Positions 38,401 to 47,552 of a stretch of 58,288 nt of DNA are shown here, piece after piece (the stretch's first letter is position 1; the number at the start of each line of letters is the position of its first letter). Under the pieces are notes generated by a model that saw nothing but the letters and a program-made list of their open reading frames with translations, did not search any database and was not told the DNA's origin. Source of the stretch: Cyanobacteria bacterium J06626_4 (GTDB lineage Bacteria > Cyanobacteriota > Cyanobacteriia > Phormidesmidales > Phormidesmidaceae); contig JBCBJQ010000027.1 of the NCBI GenBank assembly GCA_038523235.1, positions 1 through 58,288 on the forward strand, given 5' to 3'. Position numbers and translations under genes: made by a program.

Positions 38401-41400
38401 AAAGGTATTGACTTGGCTGCCAGCACTGACGGGCTGCGCGCCAAAGTCAGTTTTGTCGGCGCTGTTGGGTGTGGTGTCGCCATCAGCGATGGCTTGACCC
38501 CCGCCCAAAATGTTGATCTCTGGTGTGGTCTGCAGGCTAACGGTGACGGTGCTGGCTGTAGAGGTGCCGCCATCGCCATCGGCTAGCGTCACTTGCACGG
38601 TGCGCGCCGTGGTGGTCGGTGTGGTGGTTTCAGTATTTTGGTACTGGAGGGCTCGCAGTAGTGCGGGCAGATTAGTTGGGGTGGCCTGATCATTCAAATT
38701 GATGACTAGGTCGTTGCCCTCGGCGATCGCATTAGCCAGGGTGCCGACGACGGTACTGCCGATGGAGACAGTTGACCCTGCCGTGGTGCCAGCGATCACC
38801 ACATTGCCCGAAGTATCGAGGGTGAGCAGGTCTTCAGCAGCGACCTGGTTAGTGACGGTAACCGTCAGCGTACCGCCGTCGAAATTGGCCGAATCCCCAT
38901 CCGTGACAACGGCATCGCCCCCGGTATCCAAGCTGGCTGCGCCCGTGCCAAAGGTAAATGTGGTGCTATCACCATCCAAGTTGGTCAGAGTTGGTGCATC
39001 GTTCACCGCGTTCACGGTGATGGTGGCGGTGGCCTCAGTGGCGCTAAAGGCTTTGCTCCCACCCGTTTGAGATGCATTGACCCCAGTTTCGCCATTAGCA
39101 GAACTGTCGGTCGTATCCCACGCGCGGAAGTTGAGGGTGGCATCCCCGGCGTAGTCCGCATCGGGCACAAAGCGCACTTGAGTCGGGGTTTCCAGTGCGA
39201 TTTGGTTGAGGCGAAACTCGCCGCGAGCGGAGGTGGTGTTATCGCCTAAGAAAATGAAGTTAGAGGTGGTGTAGGGGTTGGGGGCACCGTTGGTGTTGCC
39301 TGCCGTGTAGTCTTGCAGGGTACCAGTCAAAATGGCGGTGCCATTGGCGGACAGGGTATAGCTGTTGCCCTGCACCGCTAGGCTGTATTGCACCTCTTTG
39401 GTCGTGTCGAAGGCGACGACATCGGTGGTGGAAGCGACAAATTGATTAGTGAGGGGGCTAACATTGCCGAGTTCTTGAGCAAAGATTTGCCCCTCTTGGA
39501 AGGCGAGTTCCACCGCTTTGCTCGTGTCTTGGCTGACCACAATGATGCTAAACCCGGCGCGAGGCCGTCCGGTTTCCACCACTTCTGATACGACTTGAGC
39601 ATTAAAGGAGAGGGTGTAGCCCGCTGTGCTGTCTAAGGTGGGAAAATCAGGTGCACCAGGAAGCGCATCGACCGGACTGAAATTGCCTGCTAGATCGAGG
39701 GTGTGGTTGCTGTAGCCCGCGTAGATGTCTTTGTTGGCGGTGGTATCTACCGTGACGCCGACGGTCCGCTCAGTTTCGGTGATCACGGGTGTCGGTGGCG
39801 TACCGAGAATGACCGAGGCAGCGGCCAGATAGCCTTGGTCGTCGGGGCCGTGATCGGTGGTATCAAAGCCGTTGTAGATCGAGGTGGCCCCCAGGGTGAC
39901 GACGTTATTGTTGTTGACGGTGCCAAAGTCGGTCCAGGCGGTGCCGCCATCGGTGGAATATTGCCAGGTGCCGTTGGTGTCATCGACGCTGGTGACGGCA
40001 ATACCCAACGGGTCAAGGTCGGTATCGCTGGCGGTGAGTCCCGCATTGGCGAGCAGTGCCGCAACGGTGGTGCCGGGGTTGCTGGCGTCAGGTACGTCCT
40101 CGTTGATGGTGGTGAGGGTGGTGTTGCCTGTCAGCGTGGGGGCGGTATTGGTATTAGAGAGAATGTAGGCTTGGTCAGTGGCAGGCTCCCCAGCGGGCAG
40201 GGCGTTGCCAGCGGTGTCGGTAATGTCTTGTCCGGCTGCCAGGTCGAGGCTGACGGTGCCGTTGAGGGTGGCCAGGTCGCCGCCGGAGACGGTGATGTCG
40301 TAAGTGGTGCCACTGCCGCTGACGTTACTAATGGTGGCGGTGGTGCCGTTGACCACAAAGTCGGCAGCGTTGATGTTTTGTACGGCCTCATCAAAGGTGG
40401 CGCGGAAGACAAGGGCGTTGGCGTCGGTGGCCTCGGTACCCGGAGTTTGACGGGTAAGGCTGGTGAGGGTGGGGTTGGTTGTGTCAACGGTGACGGTGTC
40501 GCTGCCTTCGGCCCCTGTGTTGCCTGCTCCATCGGTATAGCTACCGCCGTTGACGGTGACTTTGCCATCGATGGTGGAGTTATCGTCCGCAGTGAAGGTA
40601 GCGGTGTAACTGTTGCCGGAACCACTGACGGCGGAAATCGTGCCGCCCGCGACGGTGAGGTCACTTTTATCAAAGCCTGTGACAGCCTCGCTGAAGGTAA
40701 AGTTGACCACCGAGTTGTTGTCACTGTCACTCAACGCAGCATCAACAATATCGACGGCGACGGTGGGGGCGGTATTGTCGAGGGTGTAGGTTTCGTCGAT
40801 CGCAGGTTCGGTGCCAGGAAGGGCATTGCCCGCGACATCGACAATATTTTGAGCTGGGGCCAAGTCCAGGCCAACGGTGCCGTTGAAGTTGGCTAAGTCA
40901 CCACCCGAGACAGTGATTTCATAGGTTGAAGAAGCACCGCCCCCTGGCCCGACTAGTTCCAGCTCATACTGCTGCCCAGGATTGCCCTCATTGATTTCAA
41001 AGGAATAAGTGCCTGCAGCCAGGGTATTCGTCCCAGCCAAATCTGGTAATAGATTGCGGCCAATGTCAGCTGCCCTGAAAGTCAGGTTACCTATTGAAAC
41101 GCCATTTTGGTCCCGCAAACGCAACACGCTACTGGTGTTGCCGTTTGCAAAGATGTAGTTGGAGATGCGCAGCTCTTGCAGACTGTCTGTGACGGTAAAA
41201 CTGACGTGGTCATATAAATCCGAACTCGAACTACCACCGACGGTGCCAATGATGGTCTGGATGCCACTGCTCAGCGTCCCCAGGTTAGTGCCAGGGAGAG
41301 TATTGGATAAGTCACCCTCTGTTGCTTCGTCATAGGTGTAGGTGACGATAGAAGCTGAGTTAGTGTTGGTAATATTCGTAATCGCGGCACTAGTACCACC

Positions 41401-43089
41401 ATTCACAACGAAGTCAGTTGCATCGATAGATCGCACTGCTTCATCAAAGGTGGCAAGGAAGGTGAGCGTGGCGGCGTTAGTCGTGCCTGTGCTGGGAGTG
41501 ATGCGAGTAAAGCTGGTAAGAACAGGATTGACAGTGTCAATTGTGACCGTGTCGCTGCCCGTTGCGCCTTGGTTACCAACACTATCGGTATAGCTATTAG
41601 CCTGGACGGTGACGGAGCCAGGGGTGGTGGAATCATCGTCTGCAGTGAAGGTGGCTCTATAGCTATCGCCATCAATTTTAGTGAAGGCCGAGATGGTGCC
41701 GCCTACTACGCTTAAGTCACTAGCGTCAAAGCCGCTGACAACCTCATCGAACTCAAAGGTGACTTGAGAACTGTTGTCATTGATGGTCAGGTCAGTATCG
41801 ATAATGTTGACCGTGACGCTGGGAGGAGTATCGATCACAACGGTGCCGAAGACATCGTTGTTGTTTTGCTCGATGCCGATGCCGTTGCTGCCAGTGTTGC
41901 CACCGGCGCTATCAGTGGCGGTGTTACCCGAAAAGGTAACGGTACCTTGCGTGGTGACGGTGGGCAGAGCACCCGGCTCGCCCTGATTGTTGGTGTTGGT
42001 GTCAAGGGCGGCTTGGGTGATGGCAAAGATCGCCCCACCGATTCCCTGACCGTTGTTGGCTCCCGTACCACGAGTGGCGCTGTTGTTAGTAAAAGTGCTG
42101 TCGAGGATGCTGAGGGTGCCACTGCGGACGAAAATCGCCCCCCCCGTACCCGCACCGCCGCCACCGCTGCTACCATCACCGTCACCACCACCGAAGCCGC
42201 TGGTGCCGCTGGTGCCGCCGCCGCCGCCAAAGCCACCGCGGCCGCCGGTGCCGTTGGTGCCATTGCTGCCGCTAGAGACGCCGAAAAAGGCACGGGAGCC
42301 GCCGTTGCCGCCGTCACCACGACCGCCGCCGCCGCCGCCGAAACCGCCGTTGCCGCCGTTGCCGCCGTTGCCGCCGTTGCCGCCGTCGGCGCCGTTGCCG
42401 CCGTTGCCACCGCGACCGCCGTTGCCACCGCGATCGCCACCACCACCGAAGCCGCCGCGGCCGCCGTTGCCACCGTCGGCGCCGTTGCCGCCGTTGCCAC
42501 CGTTGCTGCCGTTGGTGCCGTTGCCGCCGTTGCCACCGTTGCCACCGTTGCCACCGAAGCCGCCGTTGCCACCGTTGGTGCCGTTGCTGCCGTTGGTGCC
42601 ATTGCTGCCGTTGGTGCCATTGCTGCCATTATCGGCCAGAGCAGGGGGCACGAAGCGAGCCCCTCCGCCAGTGCCACTCGCCCCACCGTTGCCCCCGATC
42701 GCCTGATTGCCAATAAAACTGCTGCTAGTAACGGTAACGTCACCGTCATGGATAAAGAGTGCTCCGCCCATCCCGGCACCGCCGCCGCCGCCCGCTTCAC
42801 CCTCGGCTCGCCCACCGGCGAAGGTCAAATTATCGAAGGTAACAGTGCCGCTGCGCACGAAGAACAAACGCACATCGCCGTCATCATTACCGTTGCTATC
42901 GACATCGCCGCTGATCGTGAAGCCACCGCCGTTGATGGTGAGTGAGGTGTCTTCTTCGATCAAAGGCAGCAGACTGTCAAGGATAATATCCCCTGTGATG
43001 TTGATGACATCAGCTTGGCCATTGCCTTTGGAGTCGTTGATTGCAGCTTGCAGCTCGGCAAAGGTATCGACGTTATCAAAAGTGGCCAT
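35491..43089 (-). CDS. 2532-aa extracellular/surface protein: Gly-rich N-terminus, Ig-like and cadherin-like repeats, lamin-tail-like and Calx-beta-like domains, C-terminal FDExYY/NPDV repeats
   Basis: GGNGGN repeats; DNTAPTV/TFSEAVTGF Ig-like units; VVINEIDVDNPGTDGIEFIELY; DDATVEGDE; five FDE.(Y/F)Y..N.DVAAAV...HF..FG..EGR units. Confidence 0.85.
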   Translation of the reverse strand: MATFDNVDTFAELQAAINDSKGNGQADVINITGDIILDSLLPLIEEDTSLTINGGGFTISGDVDSNGNDDGDVRLFFVRSGTVTFDNLTFAGGRAEGEAGGGGGAGMGGALFIHDGDVTVTSSSFIGNQAIGGNGGASGTGGGARFVPPALADNGSNGTNGSNGTNGSNGTNGGNGGFGGNGGNGGNGGNGTNGSNGGNGGNGADGGNGGRGGFGGGGDRGGNGGRGGNGGNGADGGNGGNGGNGGNGGFGGGGGGRGDGGNGGSRAFFGVSSGSNGTNGTGGRGGFGGGGGTSGTSGFGGGDGDGSSGGGGAGTGGAIFVRSGTLSILDSTFTNNSATRGTGANNGQGIGGAIFAITQAALDTNTNNQGEPGALPTVTTQGTVTFSGNTATDSAGGNTGSNGIGIEQNNNDVFGTVVIDTPPSVTVNIIDTDLTINDNSSQVTFEFDEVVSGFDASDLSVVGGTISAFTKIDGDSYRATFTADDDSTTPGSVTVQANSYTDSVGNQGATGSDTVTIDTVNPVLTSFTRITPSTGTTNAATLTFLATFDEAVRSIDATDFVVNGGTSAAITNITNTNSASIVTYTYDEATEGDLSNTLPGTNLGTLSSGIQTIIGTVGGSSSSDLYDHVSFTVTDSLQELRISNYIFANGNTSSVLRLRDQNGVSIGNLTFRAADIGRNLLPDLAGTNTLAAGTYSFEINEGNPGQQYELELVGPGGGASSTYEITVSGGDLANFNGTVGLDLAPAQNIVDVAGNALPGTEPAIDETYTLDNTAPTVAVDIVDAALSDSDNNSVVNFTFSEAVTGFDKSDLTVAGGTISAVSGSGNSYTATFTADDNSTIDGKVTVNGGSYTDGAGNTGAEGSDTVTVDTTNPTLTSLTRQTPGTEATDANALVFRATFDEAVQNINAADFVVNGTTATISNVSGSGTTYDITVSGGDLATLNGTVSLDLAAGQDITDTAGNALPAGEPATDQAYILSNTNTAPTLTGNTTLTTINEDVPDASNPGTTVAALLANAGLTASDTDLDPLGIAVTSVDDTNGTWQYSTDGGTAWTDFGTVNNNNVVTLGATSIYNGFDTTDHGPDDQGYLAAASVILGTPPTPVITETERTVGVTVDTTANKDIYAGYSNHTLDLAGNFSPVDALPGAPDFPTLDSTAGYTLSFNAQVVSEVVETGRPRAGFSIIVVSQDTSKAVELAFQEGQIFAQELGNVSPLTNQFVASTTDVVAFDTTKEVQYSLAVQGNSYTLSANGTAILTGTLQDYTAGNTNGAPNPYTTSNFIFLGDNTTSARGEFRLNQIALETPTQVRFVPDADYAGDATLNFRAWDTTDSSANGETGVNASQTGGSKAFSATEATATITVNAVNDAPTLTNLDGDSTTFTFGTGAASLDTGGDAVVTDGDSANFDGGTLTVTVTNQVAAEDLLTLDTSGNVVIAGTTAGSTVSIGSTVVGTLANAIAEGNDLVINLNDQATPTNLPALLRALQYQNTETTTPTTTARTVQVTLADGDGGTSTASTVTVSLQTTPEINILGGGQAIADGDTTPNSADKTDFGAQPVSAGSQVNTFTIANEGSAALTLSGAPLVTLSDNTHFTVTTQPGSSIAAGSNSTFDITFDPAAAGFHTTTVTVTSNDSDESTYTFDVTGYGTPFVVINEIDVDNPGTDGIEFIELYDGGAGNTALDGLVLVLYNGNGDKVYDAIDLDGQTTDANGYFVVGSAAVANVDLVEFTTDGLQNGADAVALQIGDATDFPNGTTVSTATVVDAIVYDTDDADDAGLLPLLNIGQAQVNENGDGQGTMQSLQRVANGSGGQRNTSSFITATPTPGAANLPSVQFTQDTFITAEDGGTSTIVTVTRGSTQGTASVQVNVQPGSTATAGSDYDGSGLPVTVNFANGEGSKTVAIPITDDATVEGDEILVLGLSNPTNLTLGDRATATLTITDNDGPGFTVVESGGTTTVDESGTTDTFTVVLNSQPLTNVELTVTSDDTGEATVDTATLTFTNKNWNQAQTVTITGVDDAGTDGTQTSTITLSVNDAASDDAFDSLPDKAVTVSTTDNDVVGITLVESEGTTAVTEGGPTDSYIVVLDTQPTDTVTVDLSPDSQTTLDKTTLTFTAKNWDTAQTVTVTAVDDSDVEGAHTSAISHTVSSTDKDYSGLSLADITVAVTDNDVQAANLAVSAASGSEADATAITVTVTAAGTVTGDQTVNLGIAGSNLTAGDYTLSTPTITILDGQTTGTGTFTIVDDDLIEGTETAILTLSNPSAGLTLGGVSSQAIAIEDNDRSANPVFTFAQFAQFQAVDNGQLAPSEFAAIGLEMGGLLLAELFDETYYLAQNPDIAAAVAQGGFATGYDHFVQFGINEGRNPSAYFDEAFYRANNADVAAAIANGSLSSGLMHYLSFGHWENRDPSTLFDASDYLLNNPDVGAAVASGTFASGFEHFIEFGDDEGRLSTLLFEEAFYQQQNADVAAAVQAGVFSSGFEHFISFGQQEGRAPSNFFNESTYLNGNSDVAAAVQAGAFSSGFEHYALFGRAEGRVAV
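42140..42790 (-). repeat. Coding 9-nt tandem repeats (GGCGGCAAC-type) giving a Gly/Asn-rich segment
   Basis: Runs of gccgttgcc on the + strand. Confidence 0.85.
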
Positions 43090-43180
43090 GGTAGTAGATT
43101 CCTGTAATCGTGTGCGCTGTATTAGGTAAAGACAAAAAAATAATCACCGCGATCTGGCCTGGTGACGCTGAATGAGGGGG

Positions 43181-43879
43181 CTAAGCCGATTGGGGAATGC
43201 GGCTACCAGACTTGAGCGGGGCGGTGTCGTCTTGCGGTCGAAAAGTGGGGGGCAGCGCCGGTTGGGTGATGTCATGCCCGAGTAAGCGCTGCGACAGGGG
43301 GGCTAAACGCTGGCGTTGACGAAAGTCATCGACGTTCAGGCCGTAGTTGTGCACATCAACAAACTCCTGAGTCACGCTGTCAAAGACGTGTTCGCGACAG
43401 CATCCCTCAAACTGAAAGCCCATGCCTACTAAACAGGATTGGGGATGTTGGTTATAGGCATAGGTGGCTGCAAAGAGTTTGTTTATGCTGTAAGTATTGA
43501 AGGCAAGATCTTGCATCATCAAAGTGGTTTCAATGCCATAGCCTATTTGTCGCCGCGAGCTATCAAACAAGCCCACTAGGTATTCAGCGCGGCGGTGAAA
43601 GGGGGCGTAGTCGGCCAGGGCACACAAACCAATAGGGCCATAGCGGCGATGCACAATCAGCAGTTCCAAGTAAGTTTCTTGCTCTGGAGGTATCTGCTGT
43701 CGCTGCACCAACTGCTGATGCACCTCGGCGACATTGGCAGGGCAATCATTGAGCCGAAACAGCCGCATAAACTCGCGCTGGCTAAACCCTCGCGCAAACA
43801 AAATTTCGGCATCGTTGGGTACGGTGCGACGCAGTTGCAGGTGACGACTCTCATGCAAGATGGGAACTGACTGAATCAT
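43181..43879 (-). CDS. RimJ/RimL-type GNAT acetyltransferase
   Basis: ESRHLQLRRT, PIGLCAL, HRRAEY, GYGIET, AFNTYSINKL, GFQFEGCCREH; probable ATG at 43879. Confidence 0.8.
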   Translation of the reverse strand: MIQSVPILHESRHLQLRRTVPNDAEILFARGFSQREFMRLFRLNDCPANVAEVHQQLVQRQQIPPEQETYLELLIVHRRYGPIGLCALADYAPFHRRAEYLVGLFDSSRRQIGYGIETTLMMQDLAFNTYSINKLFAATYAYNQHPQSCLVGMGFQFEGCCREHVFDSVTQEFVDVHNYGLNVDDFRQRQRLAPLSQRLLGHDITQPALPPTFRPQDDTAPLKSGSRIPQSA

Positions 43880-44034
43880 GAGTGAGGGGCCTCCTGCATC
43901 AATGAAAATGGGATCAAACGTCTGGTAAAACCAGGTGAACTGCTGCTGCAACTGATGTTGAATGCGGGGAGGCACAACAAAGTGGAGCCAGCGCGGGGCA
44001 GGCCCGTGACGTAAGTCAATTGTTTGGTCAGCAT
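43876..44034 (-). pseudogene. Internally deleted sulfotransferase remnant
   Basis: 52-aa ORF beginning MLTKQLTYVTGLPRAGSTLLC (PAPS-binding loop motif), ending in a TGA that overlaps the GNAT ATG. Confidence 0.6.
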
Positions 44035-44450
44035 GGTAGATGGCAAGGGCTGAATTCAGTTGGCCTGTTGAAGCATGAGCGATCGCCCTAGGCGCAATGA
44101 TGGCGGTGGAGGTAAGCTGCGTCGGCAACAGCAGTAGGAGACTGTTATCGGTTCAGACCTCAGTAGGTTTACAGAACAGTGTTACAAGGGGGGTGGCAGC
44201 TCTTTAAAGGATGCCCGGCCACTCTCAGCGGTTAACGGTCAAATCTGTAACCAAATGAATGAATAGCGGTACTGACTTGTTTAAGACCTTGGACGTGGGC
44301 CGCGGGGCCGCGGCGACACGACCCTTAATTTGAGGTTGAGGGCGATCTCATCTGATGCACTCGGCCTAACCCGTCCTTAATGCTGTGTTATTTCGCAAAG
44401 CCGGTTTCCGTTTCTTGTACGCTTATTGAGGAGTTACTGCGGAACGGGTA

Positions 44451-45692
44451 ATGACCAGGCGGGTACTGTTTCTGAGTAATGGACATGGAGAGGATCTCAA
44501 TGCCAGCCTGGTGCTGAAAGCTTTGCGTCGAGTGGCCCCAGCCATTGAGATGGCGGCCATGCCGATTGTCGGCAAAGGTAGCGCCTACCAAAAGCTAGGG
44601 GTCACCATCATTGGCCCGACGCAACAACTGCCGTCGGGGGGCTTTAACTATATTAATTTTGGTCGTTTTCTCAACCCGGTGAACTGGTGGCGTGACACCA
44701 ATCCGGTGAGCTTGCTTAAGGATCTGTTTTCGGGTTTGATTGGGCTGACCTGGGGCCAGTATCAAGCGGTCAAGCGCTATAGCCCCAGTTGCGATCTGCT
44801 GTTTGCCTGCGGCGATATCGTGCCGATTTTGTTTGCGCGGCTGACGGGGCGGCCCTTTGTCGTGTTTTTGGTCAGCACATCGAGCTATTACGAGGGCAAG
44901 GTCAAGCTGCCCTGGCTGGCCCAATGGGGTATGAAGTCGCCGCAGTGTTTGGGTATTTTGACCCGCGATCGCTACACGGCCCAAGATCTGCTCAAACGGG
45001 GGTTTGTGCGCACGCAATTTTTGGGCTACCCGATTATGGATGTGTTGGCCCCCAGCGGTCAGTTTCTGGCTCCGGCGACGGCCCCTCTGATCGCTTTGTT
45101 GCCGGGCAGTCGCTTGCCTGAGGCCCAAGCCAACTTGGCCCTGATGCTAGCGCTGTGTGTGTCGATCAACCATCGGCGATCGGCCCACTTTCACGCCGCC
45201 CTCGTTCCCGGCTTTACGGCTGAGCATCTACAAATGCTGGGCCACGAGCATTGCTGGGCCACGTCAGACTTTGGCATTCTGCGTCAGGGCCAGACCACCG
45301 TGCACTATCACTACGATGCCTTTGCCGATGTGCTGCACCAGTGCGATTTAGTCATTGGCATGGCGGGCACCGCGGTGGAACAAGCCGTTGGTCTAGGCAA
45401 ACCAGTGGTGCAAATTCCGGGGCCGGGGCCACAGTTTACCTATCTCTTTGCCGAAGCGCAGATGCGGCTGCTGGGGGATTCGGTGATTACGGTGGGCACC
45501 CGCCCGGCTACGGGCAAAACGATCGCCTATGCGGCGGCCAAGATTGATCAGATTCTCGACGATACGGAATTTTTGCAGCATTGCCAGCACAATGGCCGCG
45601 AACGAGTGGGTGAAGCGGGCGGCTCGGAGGCGATCGCCCACCGCCTGCTCGATGCCCTCGACCACATTGCCAAAGCCACTTCAATGGTCTGA
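44451..45692 (+). CDS. Lipid-A-disaccharide synthase-related protein
   Basis: FLSNGHGED, PSGGF, LLPGSR, GMAGTAVEQAVGLGKPV, GPQFT..FAEAQ.RLLG. Confidence 0.88.
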   Translation: MTRRVLFLSNGHGEDLNASLVLKALRRVAPAIEMAAMPIVGKGSAYQKLGVTIIGPTQQLPSGGFNYINFGRFLNPVNWWRDTNPVSLLKDLFSGLIGLTWGQYQAVKRYSPSCDLLFACGDIVPILFARLTGRPFVVFLVSTSSYYEGKVKLPWLAQWGMKSPQCLGILTRDRYTAQDLLKRGFVRTQFLGYPIMDVLAPSGQFLAPATAPLIALLPGSRLPEAQANLALMLALCVSINHRRSAHFHAALVPGFTAEHLQMLGHEHCWATSDFGILRQGQTTVHYHYDAFADVLHQCDLVIGMAGTAVEQAVGLGKPVVQIPGPGPQFTYLFAEAQMRLLGDSVITVGTRPATGKTIAYAAAKIDQILDDTEFLQHCQHNGRERVGEAGGSEAIAHRLLDALDHIAKATSMV

Positions 45693-45855
45693 CTAGGGGC
45701 TATCATCAGCTAGCGGTTACTGTCCATACCGTAACGGTTTCAGACCCTAGCTGGGTTTGGGGCCAGCGTGGTCAGGCTGGGGCCATTCGGTTGGGGCATT
45801 CTGATGACGTACCTTAAACTTCGTTAGCATCAATACAGCGCGCGCTGGAGGCTCA

Positions 45856-47499
45856 ATGCTCGCATCGTCTCGGATATCCCGTCAGGGTGAAATTGTTGAA
45901 GTTGTGTTCCGCAATGGCTGGGACTACATGCGGCGGCTCCTGAGTGGCGGCAAAGCGGCTGAGCCCGAAATTCCTACCCCCGAAGTTTTGCGCAACATTC
46001 TGACGGATCTAGGGCCGGTGTATGTCAAGTTTGGCCAGCTGTTGAGCACCCGTCCCGATCTACTGCCGCCTCGCTATATCGAGGTGCTCAGCAGTCTGCA
46101 ATCCACTGTCTCCCCCGTCCCGGCCAGTCAGATGGAGCCGTTTATTCGCCAACATCTGCCTCAATCGCCCGAAAGCCTGTTTGAGCAGATTGAATACACG
46201 GCGATCGCGGCAGGGTCGATTGGGCAAACCCATCGTGCCGTGCTCAAAGACGGTCGCCAAGTGGCGATCAAGGTGCAGCGGCCCGGCATCGACAGCTTGG
46301 TTGAGCAGGACATGGCCTTGATTCGCGACGTGGCGCGGCTGATGTCGGCCACCCAGTTTGGGCAGCGCTATAACGTGGTTGACCTCGCTTACGAATTTAG
46401 CGAAGCGATTCGCGCCGAGCTGGATTTCACCACTGAGGCCGAATACACCGACATCCTGCGGCGCAATCTCAAAGAAAGCCCCTGGTATGACCCCAAAGAG
46501 CTGGTCGTGCCCGAAATCTTTTGGCATCTGACCAACTCCAAACTGATGGTGATGGAATGGCTGGATGGGGCACCCATTCTCACCACGCCCGTGGCACGGG
46601 ACGACTCGGCCAAAGCCGAACGCAAGCGTGAACAAATCACCACGCTATTGTTTCGGGCCTTTTTCAAGCAATACTTTATTGATGGGTTCTTCCACGCTGA
46701 TCCCCATCCTGGTAACCTCTTTTTTCTCCGCGATGGCCGGGTTGCCATTCTCGACTGTGGCATGATGGGGCGACTGGATCCCCGCACTCGGGCTACTATG
46801 ACTGAGATGATTTTGGCGATCGCCAGCTCCGATGCCCAGCGCTGCACCCAATTGGCCCTCAAGCTGACTGAGCCGCTGCAGCCCACCGATATTTCTAAAC
46901 TGGAAAGCGACTTTACCCGGCTGATGGGGCGCTACTACGGCCTCAGCCTGGAAAAGGTCAATACGGCGGAGGTGTTTGGCGAAATTTTAGAAGCGGGCAC
47001 CCAAAATAATCTGCGCTGGCCCGCCAACGTCGGCCTCTTTACCAAATCCCTGGCTAACCTCGAAGGGGCCGCTCGCCAGTTCAATCCTCGCGTCAATTTG
47101 CTGGCGGAGATTCGCCCGCTGATGGCCGATCTGTTTCGCCAACAGCTCGGCGGTGAAGATCTGGTGCAAACGCTGCTACGTACCGGCTTGGAGTTTCGCA
47201 ATCTGTCTTTGGAGTCGCCGCGTCAGTTTGCCTTTCTGCTCGATCGCCTCAGTTCTGAAACGCTGAAATGGAACGTCAGTCTCAGCGGTCTCGAAGGGCT
47301 GCGGCGCAGCATTGATGATGCGGCTAACCGGCGCGCCTACAGCACCGTGGTGGCCGCGCTGATTGTGGGCGCCGCGATCGTCTCCACTAACCAACAAAGC
47401 TCACAGGGCATTATTTTGAGCAACACCCTATTTGCGGCGGCCACCTTCTTGGGCCTGTGGCTGGTGGTCAGTATTTTGCGATCGGGCCGTCTCAAGTAA
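45856..47499 (+). CDS. ABC1/AarF/UbiB family kinase
   Basis: LGPVYVKFGQLLSTRPDLLP, AAGSIGQ, VAIKVQRP, FFHADPHPGN, LDCGM; two C-terminal TM helices. Confidence 0.95.
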   Translation: MLASSRISRQGEIVEVVFRNGWDYMRRLLSGGKAAEPEIPTPEVLRNILTDLGPVYVKFGQLLSTRPDLLPPRYIEVLSSLQSTVSPVPASQMEPFIRQHLPQSPESLFEQIEYTAIAAGSIGQTHRAVLKDGRQVAIKVQRPGIDSLVEQDMALIRDVARLMSATQFGQRYNVVDLAYEFSEAIRAELDFTTEAEYTDILRRNLKESPWYDPKELVVPEIFWHLTNSKLMVMEWLDGAPILTTPVARDDSAKAERKREQITTLLFRAFFKQYFIDGFFHADPHPGNLFFLRDGRVAILDCGMMGRLDPRTRATMTEMILAIASSDAQRCTQLALKLTEPLQPTDISKLESDFTRLMGRYYGLSLEKVNTAEVFGEILEAGTQNNLRWPANVGLFTKSLANLEGAARQFNPRVNLLAEIRPLMADLFRQQLGGEDLVQTLLRTGLEFRNLSLESPRQFAFLLDRLSSETLKWNVSLSGLEGLRRSIDDAANRRAYSTVVAALIVGAAIVSTNQQSSQGIILSNTLFAAATFLGLWLVVSILRSGRLK

Positions 47500-47552
47500 G
47501 GGGGAAAAGCTTTTTTGCCACGGCGGCGTGTCATGCGCATGGATGGGGCTGC

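Noticed and set aside
41764..42945. Pro-rich and Ala/Thr-rich ORFs (42053..42706, 41764..42945, 41835..42815)
   Set aside because: These are shadow frames of the Gly-rich repeat in the 2532-aa gene.
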